NCBI GenBank assembly: GCA_035533775.1
Contig: DATLTA010000057.1
Location: 2,836 to 66,835 of the forward strand
Source: Candidatus Dormiibacterota bacterium
GTDB lineage: Bacteria > Acidobacteriota > Terriglobia > Acidiferrales > UBA7541
Reading direction: 5' to 3'
Length of the DNA: 64,000 nt
Shown: positions 9,765-19,008 of the stretch, one piece after another
Position numbering within the stretch: position 1 is the first letter of the stretch
How the letters are laid out: the number at the start of each line of letters is the position of its first letter
Position numbers and translations under genes: made by a program
The notes under the pieces: generated by a model
The model's database searches: none
Seen by the model: the letters and a program-made list of their open reading frames with translations, nothing else
Told to the model about the DNA's origin: nothing

Positions 9765-9844
9765 GCCTCCGCTTTCCATCCACCCGGAAATTTCAAACAT
9801 CGCAAGAATATGTGGCAGAGTCCCACGCTGGCAGGAAATGCGGA

Positions 9845-10990
9845 CTAGGCCCGCACGGCGCGCCGGAAAAACGCCATAATTTCCGCCTTTCGGCCGGGAT
9901 ACCGGTTCCGCGCCGACGCCAGCAGCGTCATCGCGGCAAAAATTGCAATCAGGCCCAGCGTCGCCGTGGCAATGCCTACATTTCGCTTGGGCAGGATCGA
10001 CAGCCCGCCATATACAAACTCGATATGGACCCAGTAAACCAGCAAGGAAGCTTTGCCCATTTCAATCATGGGACTGAAGCCCCACGTACCGGCTCCCCAC
10101 CGGCACCACGCATAGCTGGCGAATACCGTCACCAGGACGATGCCGGTGCGGATCAGAAAAAAGTTCGGGCTAGTGTGCCAGAAATCATAGACGCGGTAGA
10201 TCTGCACCGGGCGCGCGTCCAGCCACAAACCGAGCGCGATCAGCGCGATTCCGCCTGCGCCGGCAAGCGCGAGGCCCGCAACTTCATTGCGGCGCGCCCA
10301 GTCCGATAACAGGAGCGAGCCGACCGCCAACCCCGCGAAAGCGAATGCGGACCACGGAAAAATTGGAAACAACCAGTGCTGCGGCATTCCAAATGTGTGT
10401 ACGCCGTTGATGTAAGACTCCAGCCACCAGGCAAGCCAGTGCGGACGCCAAGTGGTCCACAGCGGCGGCGTTACAACGGCGATAGCGGCCGCGCAGGCGA
10501 TGGCCGTGACGGTGGTTGCCTTCCTCAACTCCAGCGGGTCAGCGGCTTTGCCGGGGTTTGCGGCCATCGCCGCGATCCGGCAAGCGATTCCCATCATGAT
10601 CAGCGAAATTCCGATCACGTTGAGCACATCCACGCGCAGCAGATCGGTCCAGGGCGCTTTGGGCTGGCCGAGCAGAAACTCCTGAAAACGAAAAAGAAAC
10701 GCCAGCAGGAAGATTTCGCCGCCGCGCTGGATCGTCGTGTGCGCGATTTCATTTGCGGACACGCCCTTCTGCCGGAGCTTGTCGGTCACCAGTGCAAAAG
10801 AAACGCCCGCAAGAAACAGAAATAAGGGCGCGGGCAGCGTGCCTCCGAGTTGCGACCATTTATAGAATTTTCCCGCGCGCGCTCCCCCGCTCAGCCAGGA
10901 GTCATAGCAATGCGTCTGGAACATTGCCAGGCACGCGAACCCCCTCAGCCAATCGATGTAGGCGATCCGTTTTGTCTTATTTCCGGGCAT
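9845..10990 (-). CDS. DUF1624 / heparan-alpha-glucosaminide N-acetyltransferase-like membrane acyltransferase
   Basis: N-terminal RIAYIDWLRGFACLAMFQTHCYD motif and roughly 10 hydrophobic helices. The start could be 63 nt further upstream. Confidence 0.7.
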   Translation of the reverse strand: MPGNKTKRIAYIDWLRGFACLAMFQTHCYDSWLSGGARAGKFYKWSQLGGTLPAPLFLFLAGVSFALVTDKLRQKGVSANEIAHTTIQRGGEIFLLAFLFRFQEFLLGQPKAPWTDLLRVDVLNVIGISLIMMGIACRIAAMAANPGKAADPLELRKATTVTAIACAAAIAVVTPPLWTTWRPHWLAWWLESYINGVHTFGMPQHWLFPIFPWSAFAFAGLAVGSLLLSDWARRNEVAGLALAGAGGIALIALGLWLDARPVQIYRVYDFWHTSPNFFLIRTGIVLVTVFASYAWCRWGAGTWGFSPMIEMGKASLLVYWVHIEFVYGGLSILPKRNVGIATATLGLIAIFAAMTLLASARNRYPGRKAEIMAFFRRAVRA

Positions 10991-11278
10991 CGTTTTTCGG
11001 GCAGAGGACCATTCCACAAGATGCGATACGTTACCGCGCCATGTCCAGTGCACGCCAGCTTTCCGTGTGGACCGCGCTAGGCCTGTGGGCCGTTACCGGG
11101 GCGGCGCTGTTTCGCACGATCCAGGCATGAGCAGGACAGACTTCAGCCTGTCTGGTTTTGATTTTGACGTTTTGATTTTACAGAATCAATTGCAGACAGG
11201 CGGAACCGCTTGCGAAAAAACAGAAAACCGTCATTCCGAGCATGGTACCTGCCGGGAATAATTCTTTTCGGCGTGAGT

Positions 11279-11300
11279 AGGACAGGCTTTAGCCTGTCCT
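11279..11300. repeat. REP-like stem-loop (AGGACAGGC-TTTA-GCCTGTCCT)
   Basis: Perfect 9-bp stem. A degenerate sister copy lies at 11134-11153, followed by a duplicated TTTTGATTTT (11156-11165 and 11170-11179). Confidence 0.8.
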
Positions 11301-11307
11301 GCGAAAG

Positions 11308-12084
11308 CTAGCGCACGACGCCGGAAAGAGGGCTCGACGCCGAGGCGTAGAGTTTTTTCGGCATGCGTCCGGCCAGATACGCCTTGCGCCCGGCGGAAAC
11401 CGCCTCGCGCATCGCTTCCGCCATCAGGATGGCATCCTGCGCTTCGGCGATGGCCGTATTCATCAGCACGCCGTCCGCTCCAATTTCCATGGCCACGGCC
11501 GCATCGGAAGCGGTGCCCACGCCTGCATCCACGATCATGGGCACTTCGGTAATGCGCTCGCGCAGGATGCGCAGGTTCGCGTGATTCTGAATTCCCATGC
11601 CGGAGCCGATGGGCGCGCCCAGCGGCATCACCGCGGCGGCGCCCGCGTCGATCAGCTTGCGCGCGACCACCAGATCGTCGTTGGTGTAGGGCAGCACGAC
11701 GAAGCCTTCGCCCACGAGGATGCGCGTCGCGCGAACCAGTTCCTCGGTGTCGGGGAATAAAGTCTGCTGGTCGCCGATCACTTCCAGCTTCACCCAGTTC
11801 GACAGGCCCACTTCGCGGCCCAGGCGCGCGGCGCGGATGGCCTCCTCGGCGTTGTAGCAGCCGGCCGTGTTGGGGAGAATGAATATTTTTTCGCGATCGA
11901 TGAAATCCAGCAGGGACTCCTTCGTGCGGTCGGTGAGATTCACGCGCCGCACCGCGACGGTCACCATGTCCGCGCCCGAGGCGGCGTGCGCGCGAGACAT
12001 TTCGGCAAAGCTGCGGTATTTTCCCGTCCCCACAATCAGGCGCGAATGAAACGCGCGCCCGGCAATCACCAGTTCGTCGCTCAT
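11308..12084 (-). CDS. thiG: thiazole synthase
   Basis: 258 aa. [41 protein letters not shown] and MNTAIA blocks. Confidence 0.93.
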   Translation of the reverse strand: MSDELVIAGRAFHSRLIVGTGKYRSFAEMSRAHAASGADMVTVAVRRVNLTDRTKESLLDFIDREKIFILPNTAGCYNAEEAIRAARLGREVGLSNWVKLEVIGDQQTLFPDTEELVRATRILVGEGFVVLPYTNDDLVVARKLIDAGAAAVMPLGAPIGSGMGIQNHANLRILRERITEVPMIVDAGVGTASDAAVAMEIGADGVLMNTAIAEAQDAILMAEAMREAVSAGRKAYLAGRMPKKLYASASSPLSGVVR

Positions 12085-13916
12085 TTCCGATCTCCCTCAG
12101 ACATTCTATCGCGCGGCTGCGTCTCCGCGTATAGCCCTTCGATGATTTCCGCGTAGCGCTGTTCAATGACGCGGCGTTTCAGCTTCAGCGTGTAGGTGAG
12201 TTGCCCGCCGTCGAAAGTGAAATCATGATCGAGCAGCGCAAACCGCTTGATCGTTTCGTACTGCGCGAGCGTGGCATTGACGCGGGCGACTTCCCTGCCG
12301 ATCAGCTCGTGCACCCAGGGATCGGCGGCAAGCTGTTCGTGCGACGCGAAGGTGCGGCCTTCGGCGCGCGCGGCCGCTTCGACGGTCGCGAAATTCGGCA
12401 CGATGAGCGCGGAGATAAATTTATGCTTGTCGCCCACCAGAACGGCGTTCAGGATCAGCGGATTCGATTTGAGCTGGTTTTCGATCGGCTGCGGCGCGAC
12501 AAATTTTCCCGCCGCCGTCTTGAACATGTCCTTCTTGCGGTCCGTGATGTGGAGATACCCGTCCGCGTCCAGGTGGCCGATGTCTCCGGTCGCCAGCCAC
12601 CCGTCCGGGGAAATCACGGCGGAGGTCTCGCCCGGCTTCAGGTAATACCCTCTCATCACGCACGGACCATGCACGAAAATTTCCCCATCCCCGGCGATGC
12701 GCACGCTGACGTGCGTGATCGGCCGCCCCACCGTGCCCACTTTGTTTTGGCCAGGATAATTTGCGCTGACCACCGGAGAACTTTCCGTCAGGCCATATCC
12801 CTGATAGACGGGCACGCCCACGGCCCAGAAAAATTCGGCAAGCTCAGGGGAAAGAGGCCCACCTCCGGAAATGAACGCGCGAAAGCTGCCGCCGATGCCT
12901 TCCCGGATTTTTGAGTAGACGATGCGGTTCGCAATCTCCCAGCGAACCTTCAATTTGGCCGAAGCCCGCTCCCCGTAGGCGCGCCAGCGCACCGCATCGC
13001 GCGCCACGCGCATGGCCCAATCAAACAGCGCGCGCTTCAAACCCGTATTTTCATGGCCCTTCTGCATGATGTTGGCGTACAGCTTTTCAAAGACGCGCGG
13101 AACCGCGGCGGCCAGCGTGGGGTGGATCTCCACCAGGGCCTGCTGCAAGTCGTCCATGCGCTCGACATAAGCCACCGGAACGCCGTGAAACAGGTAGGCA
13201 TATGCGGTGACGCGCTCGTAGACGTGCGAGAGCGGCAAAAAGCTGACGGCCCGGTCGGCGGGCGACATGTGGTACGGCTCGACCGAGGTTTCTTCGTTCG
13301 AACTCAGATTATTGTGCGTGAGCATGACGCCCTTGGGCTCACCGGTAGTTCCGGAAGTATAGATAATCGTGGCCAGATGGTCGGGCGTGACGTTTGCGGC
13401 GCGCCGGCGGTATTCGGCAACCGCATCATCGCCTGTCGCGGCGGCAAAATTCTCGTAGCGCAGCACATCCTCCCCGAGGTCCGCGGGCCCGCCAGCGCAG
13501 ATGATGTGCTTCACATGGCTTAGCTGGCCGCGGCATTCCTGCAGCCGCCGCGACTGCATTTCTCCAGCCACAAACACGACCTCGGCGCCGGAATGATTCA
13601 GGATGTACGCGATCCGCTCGGGCGACTCGTTGAAGTAGATGGGAACATCGGCGGCACCCAGCCCCAGGATGGCGAAATCCGCGATATGCCATTCGGGGCG
13701 GTTGGCGGAGAACAGGCCCACGCGGTCCCCGGACTTCACGCCAAGCTGTTCCAGAGCCATGGAGAGCCCCGCAATGCGCCGCAGGAATTCCGCCGACGAC
13801 GCAGGCTCCCATCGTCCATTGACACGCAGCATCACGGCCCTCGGGTTGGGCAGCCGGCTGACCACGTCCAGAAGCTTTTCCGTAAGTGTCGGGAAGGCCA
13901 TGGTGAACCAGAACAT
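12081..13916 (-). CDS. long-chain acyl-CoA synthetase (AMP-dependent synthetase/ligase)
   Basis: AMP-binding motif [20 protein letters not shown], plus [30 protein letters not shown] and LKLKRR. The stop overlaps the thiG start (ATGA). The start is uncertain (13916 or 13901). Confidence 0.88.
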   Translation of the reverse strand: MFWFTMAFPTLTEKLLDVVSRLPNPRAVMLRVNGRWEPASSAEFLRRIAGLSMALEQLGVKSGDRVGLFSANRPEWHIADFAILGLGAADVPIYFNESPERIAYILNHSGAEVVFVAGEMQSRRLQECRGQLSHVKHIICAGGPADLGEDVLRYENFAAATGDDAVAEYRRRAANVTPDHLATIIYTSGTTGEPKGVMLTHNNLSSNEETSVEPYHMSPADRAVSFLPLSHVYERVTAYAYLFHGVPVAYVERMDDLQQALVEIHPTLAAAVPRVFEKLYANIMQKGHENTGLKRALFDWAMRVARDAVRWRAYGERASAKLKVRWEIANRIVYSKIREGIGGSFRAFISGGGPLSPELAEFFWAVGVPVYQGYGLTESSPVVSANYPGQNKVGTVGRPITHVSVRIAGDGEIFVHGPCVMRGYYLKPGETSAVISPDGWLATGDIGHLDADGYLHITDRKKDMFKTAAGKFVAPQPIENQLKSNPLILNAVLVGDKHKFISALIVPNFATVEAAARAEGRTFASHEQLAADPWVHELIGREVARVNATLAQYETIKRFALLDHDFTFDGGQLTYTLKLKRRVIEQRYAEIIEGLYAETQPRDRMSEGDRK

Positions 13917-13970
13917 TACCGCACGATTCTCCGCGCGCGCAACTTCCATGCTCATCGGGGACCCGGCCCG

Positions 13971-14014
13971 AATTGGCGCACACAAAGTTAGCGCACACAA
14001 AGTTGGCGCATACG
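13971..14014. repeat. tandem 15-bp direct repeat (GCGCACACAAAGTTR, 2.6 copies) in a divergent promoter region
   Basis: AATTG GCGCACACAAAGTTA GCGCACACAAAGTTG GCGCATACG, read directly from the sequence. Confidence 0.85.
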
Positions 14015-14156
14015 CGGAAGCGGCCATCTTCGAACTGGAGGCCCCTGGCGAAATGCCCTATGATTCATGTGTCCGCCAAAGCGTGATCGATAGAGGGGCA
14101 AAGCGAACCCAAGTTCCCAGCGAAGGTAGCGACCCTGTACAGGTCCCCAGGGGCTA

Positions 14157-15497
14157 ATGAAACGTCTGATCGAATGCGTGCCAAATTTTTCGGAAGGGCG
14201 TGACCTTGCTAAGGTCGACGCCATCGCGGAAGCCATGAGCGGCGTCCCGGGCGCCTGGGTGCTCGACCGCACCAGTGACTCCGATCACAATCGCTCGGTG
14301 ATCACGCTGGCCGGCGAGCCGGAATCTGTGGCCGAGGCCGCGGTTCGCGGCGTGGGCAAGGCCGCGGAGCTGATCGATATGACGCACCAGACGGGCGAGC
14401 ATCCGCGGATCGGCGCAACCGACGTGCTTCCCTTCGTTCCCCTGGAGGGGGTTTCGATCGAACAGTGCGCGGCGCTTGCCCGAAGCGTGGGCCGGGAAAT
14501 CTGGGAACGCTATCGAATTCCCGTGTATTTTTATGAGGCGGCCGCAACACGGCCGGATCGCGTGAATCTGGAAAACGTCCGCAAGGGACAATTCGAGGGC
14601 TTGCGCGAGGATGCGCTGCGCGACCCGGACCGCTCACCCGATATCGGCGAGCCGCGCCTGCATCCCACGGCGGGAGCAACCGCGGTGGGCGCGCGAAAGC
14701 TTCTGATCGCCTACAACATTCACCTCAACACGAATGATGTGTCCATCGCGAAGGAAATTGCCAGGGCGATCCGCTTTTCCAGCGGAGGACTGCGCCACGT
14801 GAAAGCCATTGGCGTGGACCTCCGGGCGCGCGGCCACGCGCAAGTTTCCATCAACCTGACGGATTTCGAACAGACGCCGATGCACCGCGTGTTTGCCATG
14901 GTGAAGCGCGAAGCCGAGCGCCATGGCTGCGCCGTGGCGGGCAGCGAAATTATCGGCCTGATTCCGCGCAAGGCCATCGAGCTTGCGGCGGAGTATTATC
15001 TGCAACTGGAAAATTTTTCGGCCGAGCGCGTTCTGGAAAACCGTCTCGCGGCGGTCGCGGGCGGCGGCCTTTCCGCCTTTGCCGCTCAAAAGCGAACGGG
15101 AACGCAAATCCAGCCCGTCCTCGAAACCTTGCGGCAGGCAAGCCGGCAGATTGCCGAAGCGGCCGAAATAGCCAAATCAACGGCAACGGGCGCGCACTCC
15201 CGGCAGGACTTCCGCGAAGCCTCGCCGGAGAACGACGCGGAGGCCAGCCTGGAAACAGCGCTTCTGGCCGTTCAACTTTTTGAGCAACTGGCGCAGCTCG
15301 AACCGCTGTCCGCGCCGCCCGTGCTCGGCGACCTGCGCATGGCCCGTTCGATGGCCCTGGGCGCGGCGCGCGGGGCGATTGAAAACACCAGGATCAGCCT
15401 GCAATCCGCGCGCGACCCGGAAACCGTTGCCAGGATAAAATCGCAAGTCGCGGCCATCGAGGCGCGATTATTGGCAGGCGCACCGGCAAGGCACTGA
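14157..15497 (+). CDS. glutamate formimidoyltransferase with a helical C-terminal (cyclodeaminase-like) extension
   Basis: N-terminus MKRLIECVPNFSEGRD, plus HNRSVITLAG and RIGATDVLPFVPL blocks. The C-terminal ~140 aa are Ala-rich and helical. Confidence 0.85.
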   Translation: MKRLIECVPNFSEGRDLAKVDAIAEAMSGVPGAWVLDRTSDSDHNRSVITLAGEPESVAEAAVRGVGKAAELIDMTHQTGEHPRIGATDVLPFVPLEGVSIEQCAALARSVGREIWERYRIPVYFYEAAATRPDRVNLENVRKGQFEGLREDALRDPDRSPDIGEPRLHPTAGATAVGARKLLIAYNIHLNTNDVSIAKEIARAIRFSSGGLRHVKAIGVDLRARGHAQVSINLTDFEQTPMHRVFAMVKREAERHGCAVAGSEIIGLIPRKAIELAAEYYLQLENFSAERVLENRLAAVAGGGLSAFAAQKRTGTQIQPVLETLRQASRQIAEAAEIAKSTATGAHSRQDFREASPENDAEASLETALLAVQLFEQLAQLEPLSAPPVLGDLRMARSMALGAARGAIENTRISLQSARDPETVARIKSQVAAIEARLLAGAPARH

Positions 15498-15590
15498 TGG
15501 TCTTTGGAATCTTGGGAAATTGAAACCGGGCACGCGCCCAAACGCATCCAAGATAAGCATGGCGGGGGTAAGCATGGCGGGAGAAAACAG

Positions 15591-16598
15591 ATGAACATCA
15601 AAAAAATTGTTTTGGCCGGAATTGCAGTCGCGCTCCTCGGCGCGCTTCCGCAGACATCGCGCGCCGGCTCGCTGGGGCCCGACATCCTCGGGCTGTTCCC
15701 GAAGGAGACGGGCGAGATGGCCTATGCGGATTTGAAGACGGCGCGCCAGTTTCCGTGGTACGCGCAGCTCAAGGAACAAATGCTGCCCCCAAAATTCCGG
15801 GAGTTCGAAACATTCCTTTCCTCCGCGGGAATCGATCCGAATACGCAGGTGACTGAACTGGCCTGGGCCCTGGTACCGGGCAAACTCAGCACCAACAAGG
15901 CGGGGATTTCCGTCCCCACTGCGGATCAGGTCGTGGGCATCGCCCTCGGACAGTTTCAACCGGCTTCGGCGGAAGCCTATTTCACCGCCAAAAAACTGCC
16001 CATCGTGAAAGTGCGAACCTTTTCGCTGTTTGCATTCGGCGGAGGCAGCGGACCCAATGACCTCTTCTTCTTTTTCATCGATTCGAACACCGCCGCGTTC
16101 GGCCAGCGGCAACTGCTGGAAAAATTGATCGGCGTGCGCTACGGCGAGGCGCAAGGACTGTATGCGAATACGGATTTTTCGGCGCTTGTCGATCAGGCCA
16201 ACGGCAGCGGAACCGTCTGGGCCGTGCTGAACCCCGGGTACACGCGGCTGGCGATGCAGCAGCTTGTGCCGGAGACTTCGCAATTCCCCGCCGCCGCGCA
16301 ACTCGCGTCCAAATTAAAGGCCATGACCATCAGTATCCAGGCAGGCAGCGGAATCGATGCGACCTTTGAAGCGGTTTGCGGTTCCACCAACGACGCGAAT
16401 ACGTTTGCGGCGCTGCTGCAGGCCGGCCTGATGTACCGGAAATATCAGCTCGGGAACAAGAACCCGGATCTGGGACAACTGCTCGACAGCGCGCAGATTA
16501 CCCCGGCGGGAGACCGTCTGGACCTGAAAATATCGCTCACCGACGATCAGATGCAGTCGTTGATCCGGAACAATACATTTGCCGTGGCATTGCAGTAA
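15591..16598 (+). CDS. secreted hypothetical protein
   Basis: Start at MNIKKIV with GGGAGAA upstream. Signal peptide LAGIAVALLGALPQTSRA. No family recognised. Confidence 0.6.
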   Translation: MNIKKIVLAGIAVALLGALPQTSRAGSLGPDILGLFPKETGEMAYADLKTARQFPWYAQLKEQMLPPKFREFETFLSSAGIDPNTQVTELAWALVPGKLSTNKAGISVPTADQVVGIALGQFQPASAEAYFTAKKLPIVKVRTFSLFAFGGGSGPNDLFFFFIDSNTAAFGQRQLLEKLIGVRYGEAQGLYANTDFSALVDQANGSGTVWAVLNPGYTRLAMQQLVPETSQFPAAAQLASKLKAMTISIQAGSGIDATFEAVCGSTNDANTFAALLQAGLMYRKYQLGNKNPDLGQLLDSAQITPAGDRLDLKISLTDDQMQSLIRNNTFAVALQ

Positions 16599-16634
16599 CT
16601 GCGGGGAATTATCTTTAGATTTTCCCGGAGGAAT

Positions 16635-17060
16635 TCAGACCTTGGGGGGCAGGAACTTCACCAGCGTGGTTCGCGCGACACCATCCTCCGCGCTGTACCG
16701 GACACGATCCACCCGCGAGAGCAATTCCAAACCGTTAATCCCGCCCGCAGCCCCGCCACTGGCTTCGGAAGGCGCAAACGATTCGAGTCCGATCGCAGGC
16801 GCCGTCTGGCCGCGGTGGGCCACGGAAAACTCCATGCGGTCGGCAAATGTCTCGATCGTAATTTCGATTCCGCCATCCGCGCCGGCGAACTGGGTAAGCG
16901 ATTCACGGCAAACGTCTTCGCAAACCCGGGCAAACTGGTCGCAGGAGTCGGTTTCCAGGCCTGCCTGGATCGCTTGAAAATGCACGACGCCGCGAAGAAC
17001 CCCCACTAAGCCGGGGCTTCCCTCCACACGAAAGACAACGCGTACCGGCTCATCATTCAT
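16635..17060 (-). CDS. anti-sigma-factor-kinase-like (GHKL/HATPase_c_2-like) protein with degenerate motifs
   Basis: 141 aa starting at MNDEP. Layout resembles RsbW/SpoIIAB: helical N-terminal part, ...IEITIE...MEFSVAHRG..., Gly-rich GGAAGGINGLELL, and C-terminal TTLVKF. The N and G1 boxes are not canonical. Confidence 0.45.
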   Translation of the reverse strand: MNDEPVRVVFRVEGSPGLVGVLRGVVHFQAIQAGLETDSCDQFARVCEDVCRESLTQFAGADGGIEITIETFADRMEFSVAHRGQTAPAIGLESFAPSEASGGAAGGINGLELLSRVDRVRYSAEDGVARTTLVKFLPPKV

Positions 17061-17229
17061 CGTCCGCCGCCACTTGAACTTCGCAGGCTTCCCGGCAATC
17101 GGGACAATAATACTTTCCATCGACACACAAGCGAATGCCATATTGTCCCTGGCAGTAGCAGCAATAGCGGTCACACACGCATTTACTCTCCGGCAGGTCG
17201 CATTGCGAACAGAGAACCGTGCTTTGCAT
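17053..17229 (-). CDS. 58-aa cysteine-rich (11 Cys) putative zinc-ribbon mini-protein, not in the ORF track
   Basis: Sequence MQSTVLCSQCDLPESKCVCDRYCCYCQGQYGIRLCVDGKYYCPDCREACEVQVAADDE. GAAGGAAG Shine-Dalgarno 4 nt before the ATG. The stop overlaps the downstream ATG by 8 nt. Confidence 0.55.
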   Translation of the reverse strand: MQSTVLCSQCDLPESKCVCDRYCCYCQGQYGIRLCVDGKYYCPDCREACEVQVAADDE

Positions 17230-17390
17230 GTTCTTCCTTCATCCTTGCGCGAACTCGTGAAACAGACCGAACTGCGAAGGCTTTTACAGTATCTAGGGAA
17301 GACTATAGGACAGCCCGGCGCTGCAGAACAAGTGTAAGTGACTTGCCGGGCAACCTGCTCGGGGGTAATCGCGCGATTTGGGTCGTTTTC

Positions 17391-17420
17391 TTGACACCCC
17401 GCGAAGCCGCATGATAGCTT
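17391..17420 (+). promoter_or_regulatory. candidate promoter TTGACA-N18-(TGA)TAGCTT upstream of gcvT
   Basis: Perfect -35 hexamer and an extended -10-like TGATAGCTT. The same TGATAGCNT box precedes the tRNA-Gly gene. Confidence 0.35.
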
Positions 17421-17447
17421 CGCTTTTGCGTTTGCTGAGAACCTCGA

Positions 17448-18557
17448 GTGACGTCTCCGACCACGACACAACTTCGCAAGACCGCCCTAAACGCCGCGCA
17501 CCGGCGCCTGAAGGCCAGGATGGTGAATTTCGGCGGCTGGGACATGCCGGTCGAGTATTCAGGCATTGTGTCCGAGCACCTGGCGACGCGAACCGCCGCC
17601 GGCCTGTTTGACGTCAGCCACATGGGTGAAATCGAAATCTTCGGAGACCGCGCGATCGACCTGGTGCAGCACGTTACGTGCAACGACGCGTCCAAACTCG
17701 CCGTCGGGCAGGCCCACTATTCCGGGCTGATGACTGCCCAGGGCACCTTCGTCGACGACCTGCTGGTGCACAAAATTTCCGACAGGCACTACTTTCTCTG
17801 CGTCAACGCGGGCAATCAGGATCAGGATTTCGAGCACATCCGAACGCACAATCTTGCGGGTGCGGAGATTGAAAATGCGGGCAAGAGATATTCGCAACTG
17901 GCCATTCAGGGCCCCCGGGCGCTGGGGATTCTGCAACGCCTCACCGAGGTTCCGCTGGCTTCGATTCCCTACTACCACTTCACGTTCGGCGACGTGGATG
18001 GCGTCGATTGCCTGATTGCGCGCACCGGATACACGGGAGAAGACGGCTTCGAGATTTATTTCGTGCCGGAACACTCCGAAAAGCTGTGGTCCCATCTTCT
18101 GGAGGATGGAGCCGAGGAAGGCTTGATACCCTGCGGGCTGGGCGCGCGGAACACGCTGCGCCTGGAAGCTTCGATGTGCCTGTACGGCCATGAAATCGAC
18201 GACACCACCACGCCGTGGGAGGCGGGACTCGGCTGGATCTGCAAGCCGAATAAGAGAGAGTTCCTCGGGCGCGAAGCCCTGCTGCGGCAAAAGGAAAAGG
18301 GGGTGGAACGCACGCTGGTCGGCTTCGAAATGCAGGACCGGTTCATCGCGCGAGACGGCTGCGCGGTTTCGGCCGGCGGCAAGCCGGTCGGCCGGGTAAC
18401 CAGCGGGTCCCCGGCGCCATTTCTGAAGAAAAATATCGGCATGGCATACGTTCCGCCGGAGTTTCGGGCTCCCGGAACCGAAATTTCCATTGAAATTCGA
18501 GGCCGTCAGGCCCCCGCTCGAATAGTTCCGATGCCGTTTTACAGGCGAGCGCAGTAG
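17448..18557 (+). CDS. gcvT: glycine cleavage system aminomethyltransferase (T protein)
   Basis: 369 aa with a GTG start. FGGWDMPVEY, GLFDVSHMGE, ARTGYTGEDGFE and LGARNTLRLEA blocks. Confidence 0.95.
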   Translation: MTSPTTTQLRKTALNAAHRRLKARMVNFGGWDMPVEYSGIVSEHLATRTAAGLFDVSHMGEIEIFGDRAIDLVQHVTCNDASKLAVGQAHYSGLMTAQGTFVDDLLVHKISDRHYFLCVNAGNQDQDFEHIRTHNLAGAEIENAGKRYSQLAIQGPRALGILQRLTEVPLASIPYYHFTFGDVDGVDCLIARTGYTGEDGFEIYFVPEHSEKLWSHLLEDGAEEGLIPCGLGARNTLRLEASMCLYGHEIDDTTTPWEAGLGWICKPNKREFLGREALLRQKEKGVERTLVGFEMQDRFIARDGCAVSAGGKPVGRVTSGSPAPFLKKNIGMAYVPPEFRAPGTEISIEIRGRQAPARIVPMPFYRRAQ

Positions 18558-18615
18558 AATCGTCGGGGACCGGCAAAGCGCCGGCATTCTCCGGGCACAT
18601 TTCCAAGGAGCTGTG

Positions 18616-19008
18616 ATGTATCCAAGCGACTATCGCTATACCAAGGAACACGAGTGGATCAAAGTGTCCGGCAACACGGGCACGATTGGAATCACCGACT
18701 ACGCGCAGCACGAACTGGGCGACGTCGTCTTCGTGGAACTTCCCGCCGTGGGGACAGTGATCAAGGCCGGGGATGTGTTCGGCACCGTCGAATCCGTGAA
18801 GGCCGTCAGCGAGATTTACGCGCCCGTGTCCGGAGAAGTAATCGAAGCGAATGCCTCGCTCGCAAATGCTCCCGAAATCGTCAACTCGGACCCGCACGGC
18901 GCCGCCTGGCTCATCAAAATCAAGCTTGCCGACCCCGCCGAAGCTTCCAGCATGATGGACGCCGCCGCCTACCAGGCGTTCGTCTCCGAAAAGGAAGCCT
19001 CGGCCTGA
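18616..19008 (+). CDS. gcvH: glycine cleavage system H protein
   Basis: AAGGAG 5 nt upstream of the ATG. Lipoyl-lysine block [18 protein letters not shown]. Confidence 0.95.
   Translation: MYPSDYRYTKEHEWIKVSGNTGTIGITDYAQHELGDVVFVELPAVGTVIKAGDVFGTVESVKAVSEIYAPVSGEVIEANASLANAPEIVNSDPHGAAWLIKIKLADPAEASSMMDAAAYQAFVSEKEASA

Noticed and set aside
13917-14156. TPP (THI-box) riboswitch for the thiG-containing operon; also looked near thiE
   Set aside because: No CUGAGA ... ACCUGAUCUGGAUAAUGCCAGCG-like core on either strand. thiG and thiE both start within or just after upstream coding sequence.
17230-17447. Glycine riboswitch expected upstream of gcvT
   Set aside because: I found none of the aptamer hallmarks (GGAGAG...CACCGAAGGGGCAA...CUCUGGAGAG). 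A promoter-like element leaves only a ~25-nt leader.
16635-17471. Single 278-aa gene as drawn in the ORF track
   Set aside because: The N-terminal 137 aa have poor composition and no Shine-Dalgarno. A better-supported 58-aa gene in another frame occupies 17053-17229. The conserved-looking part starts at MNDEP (17060).
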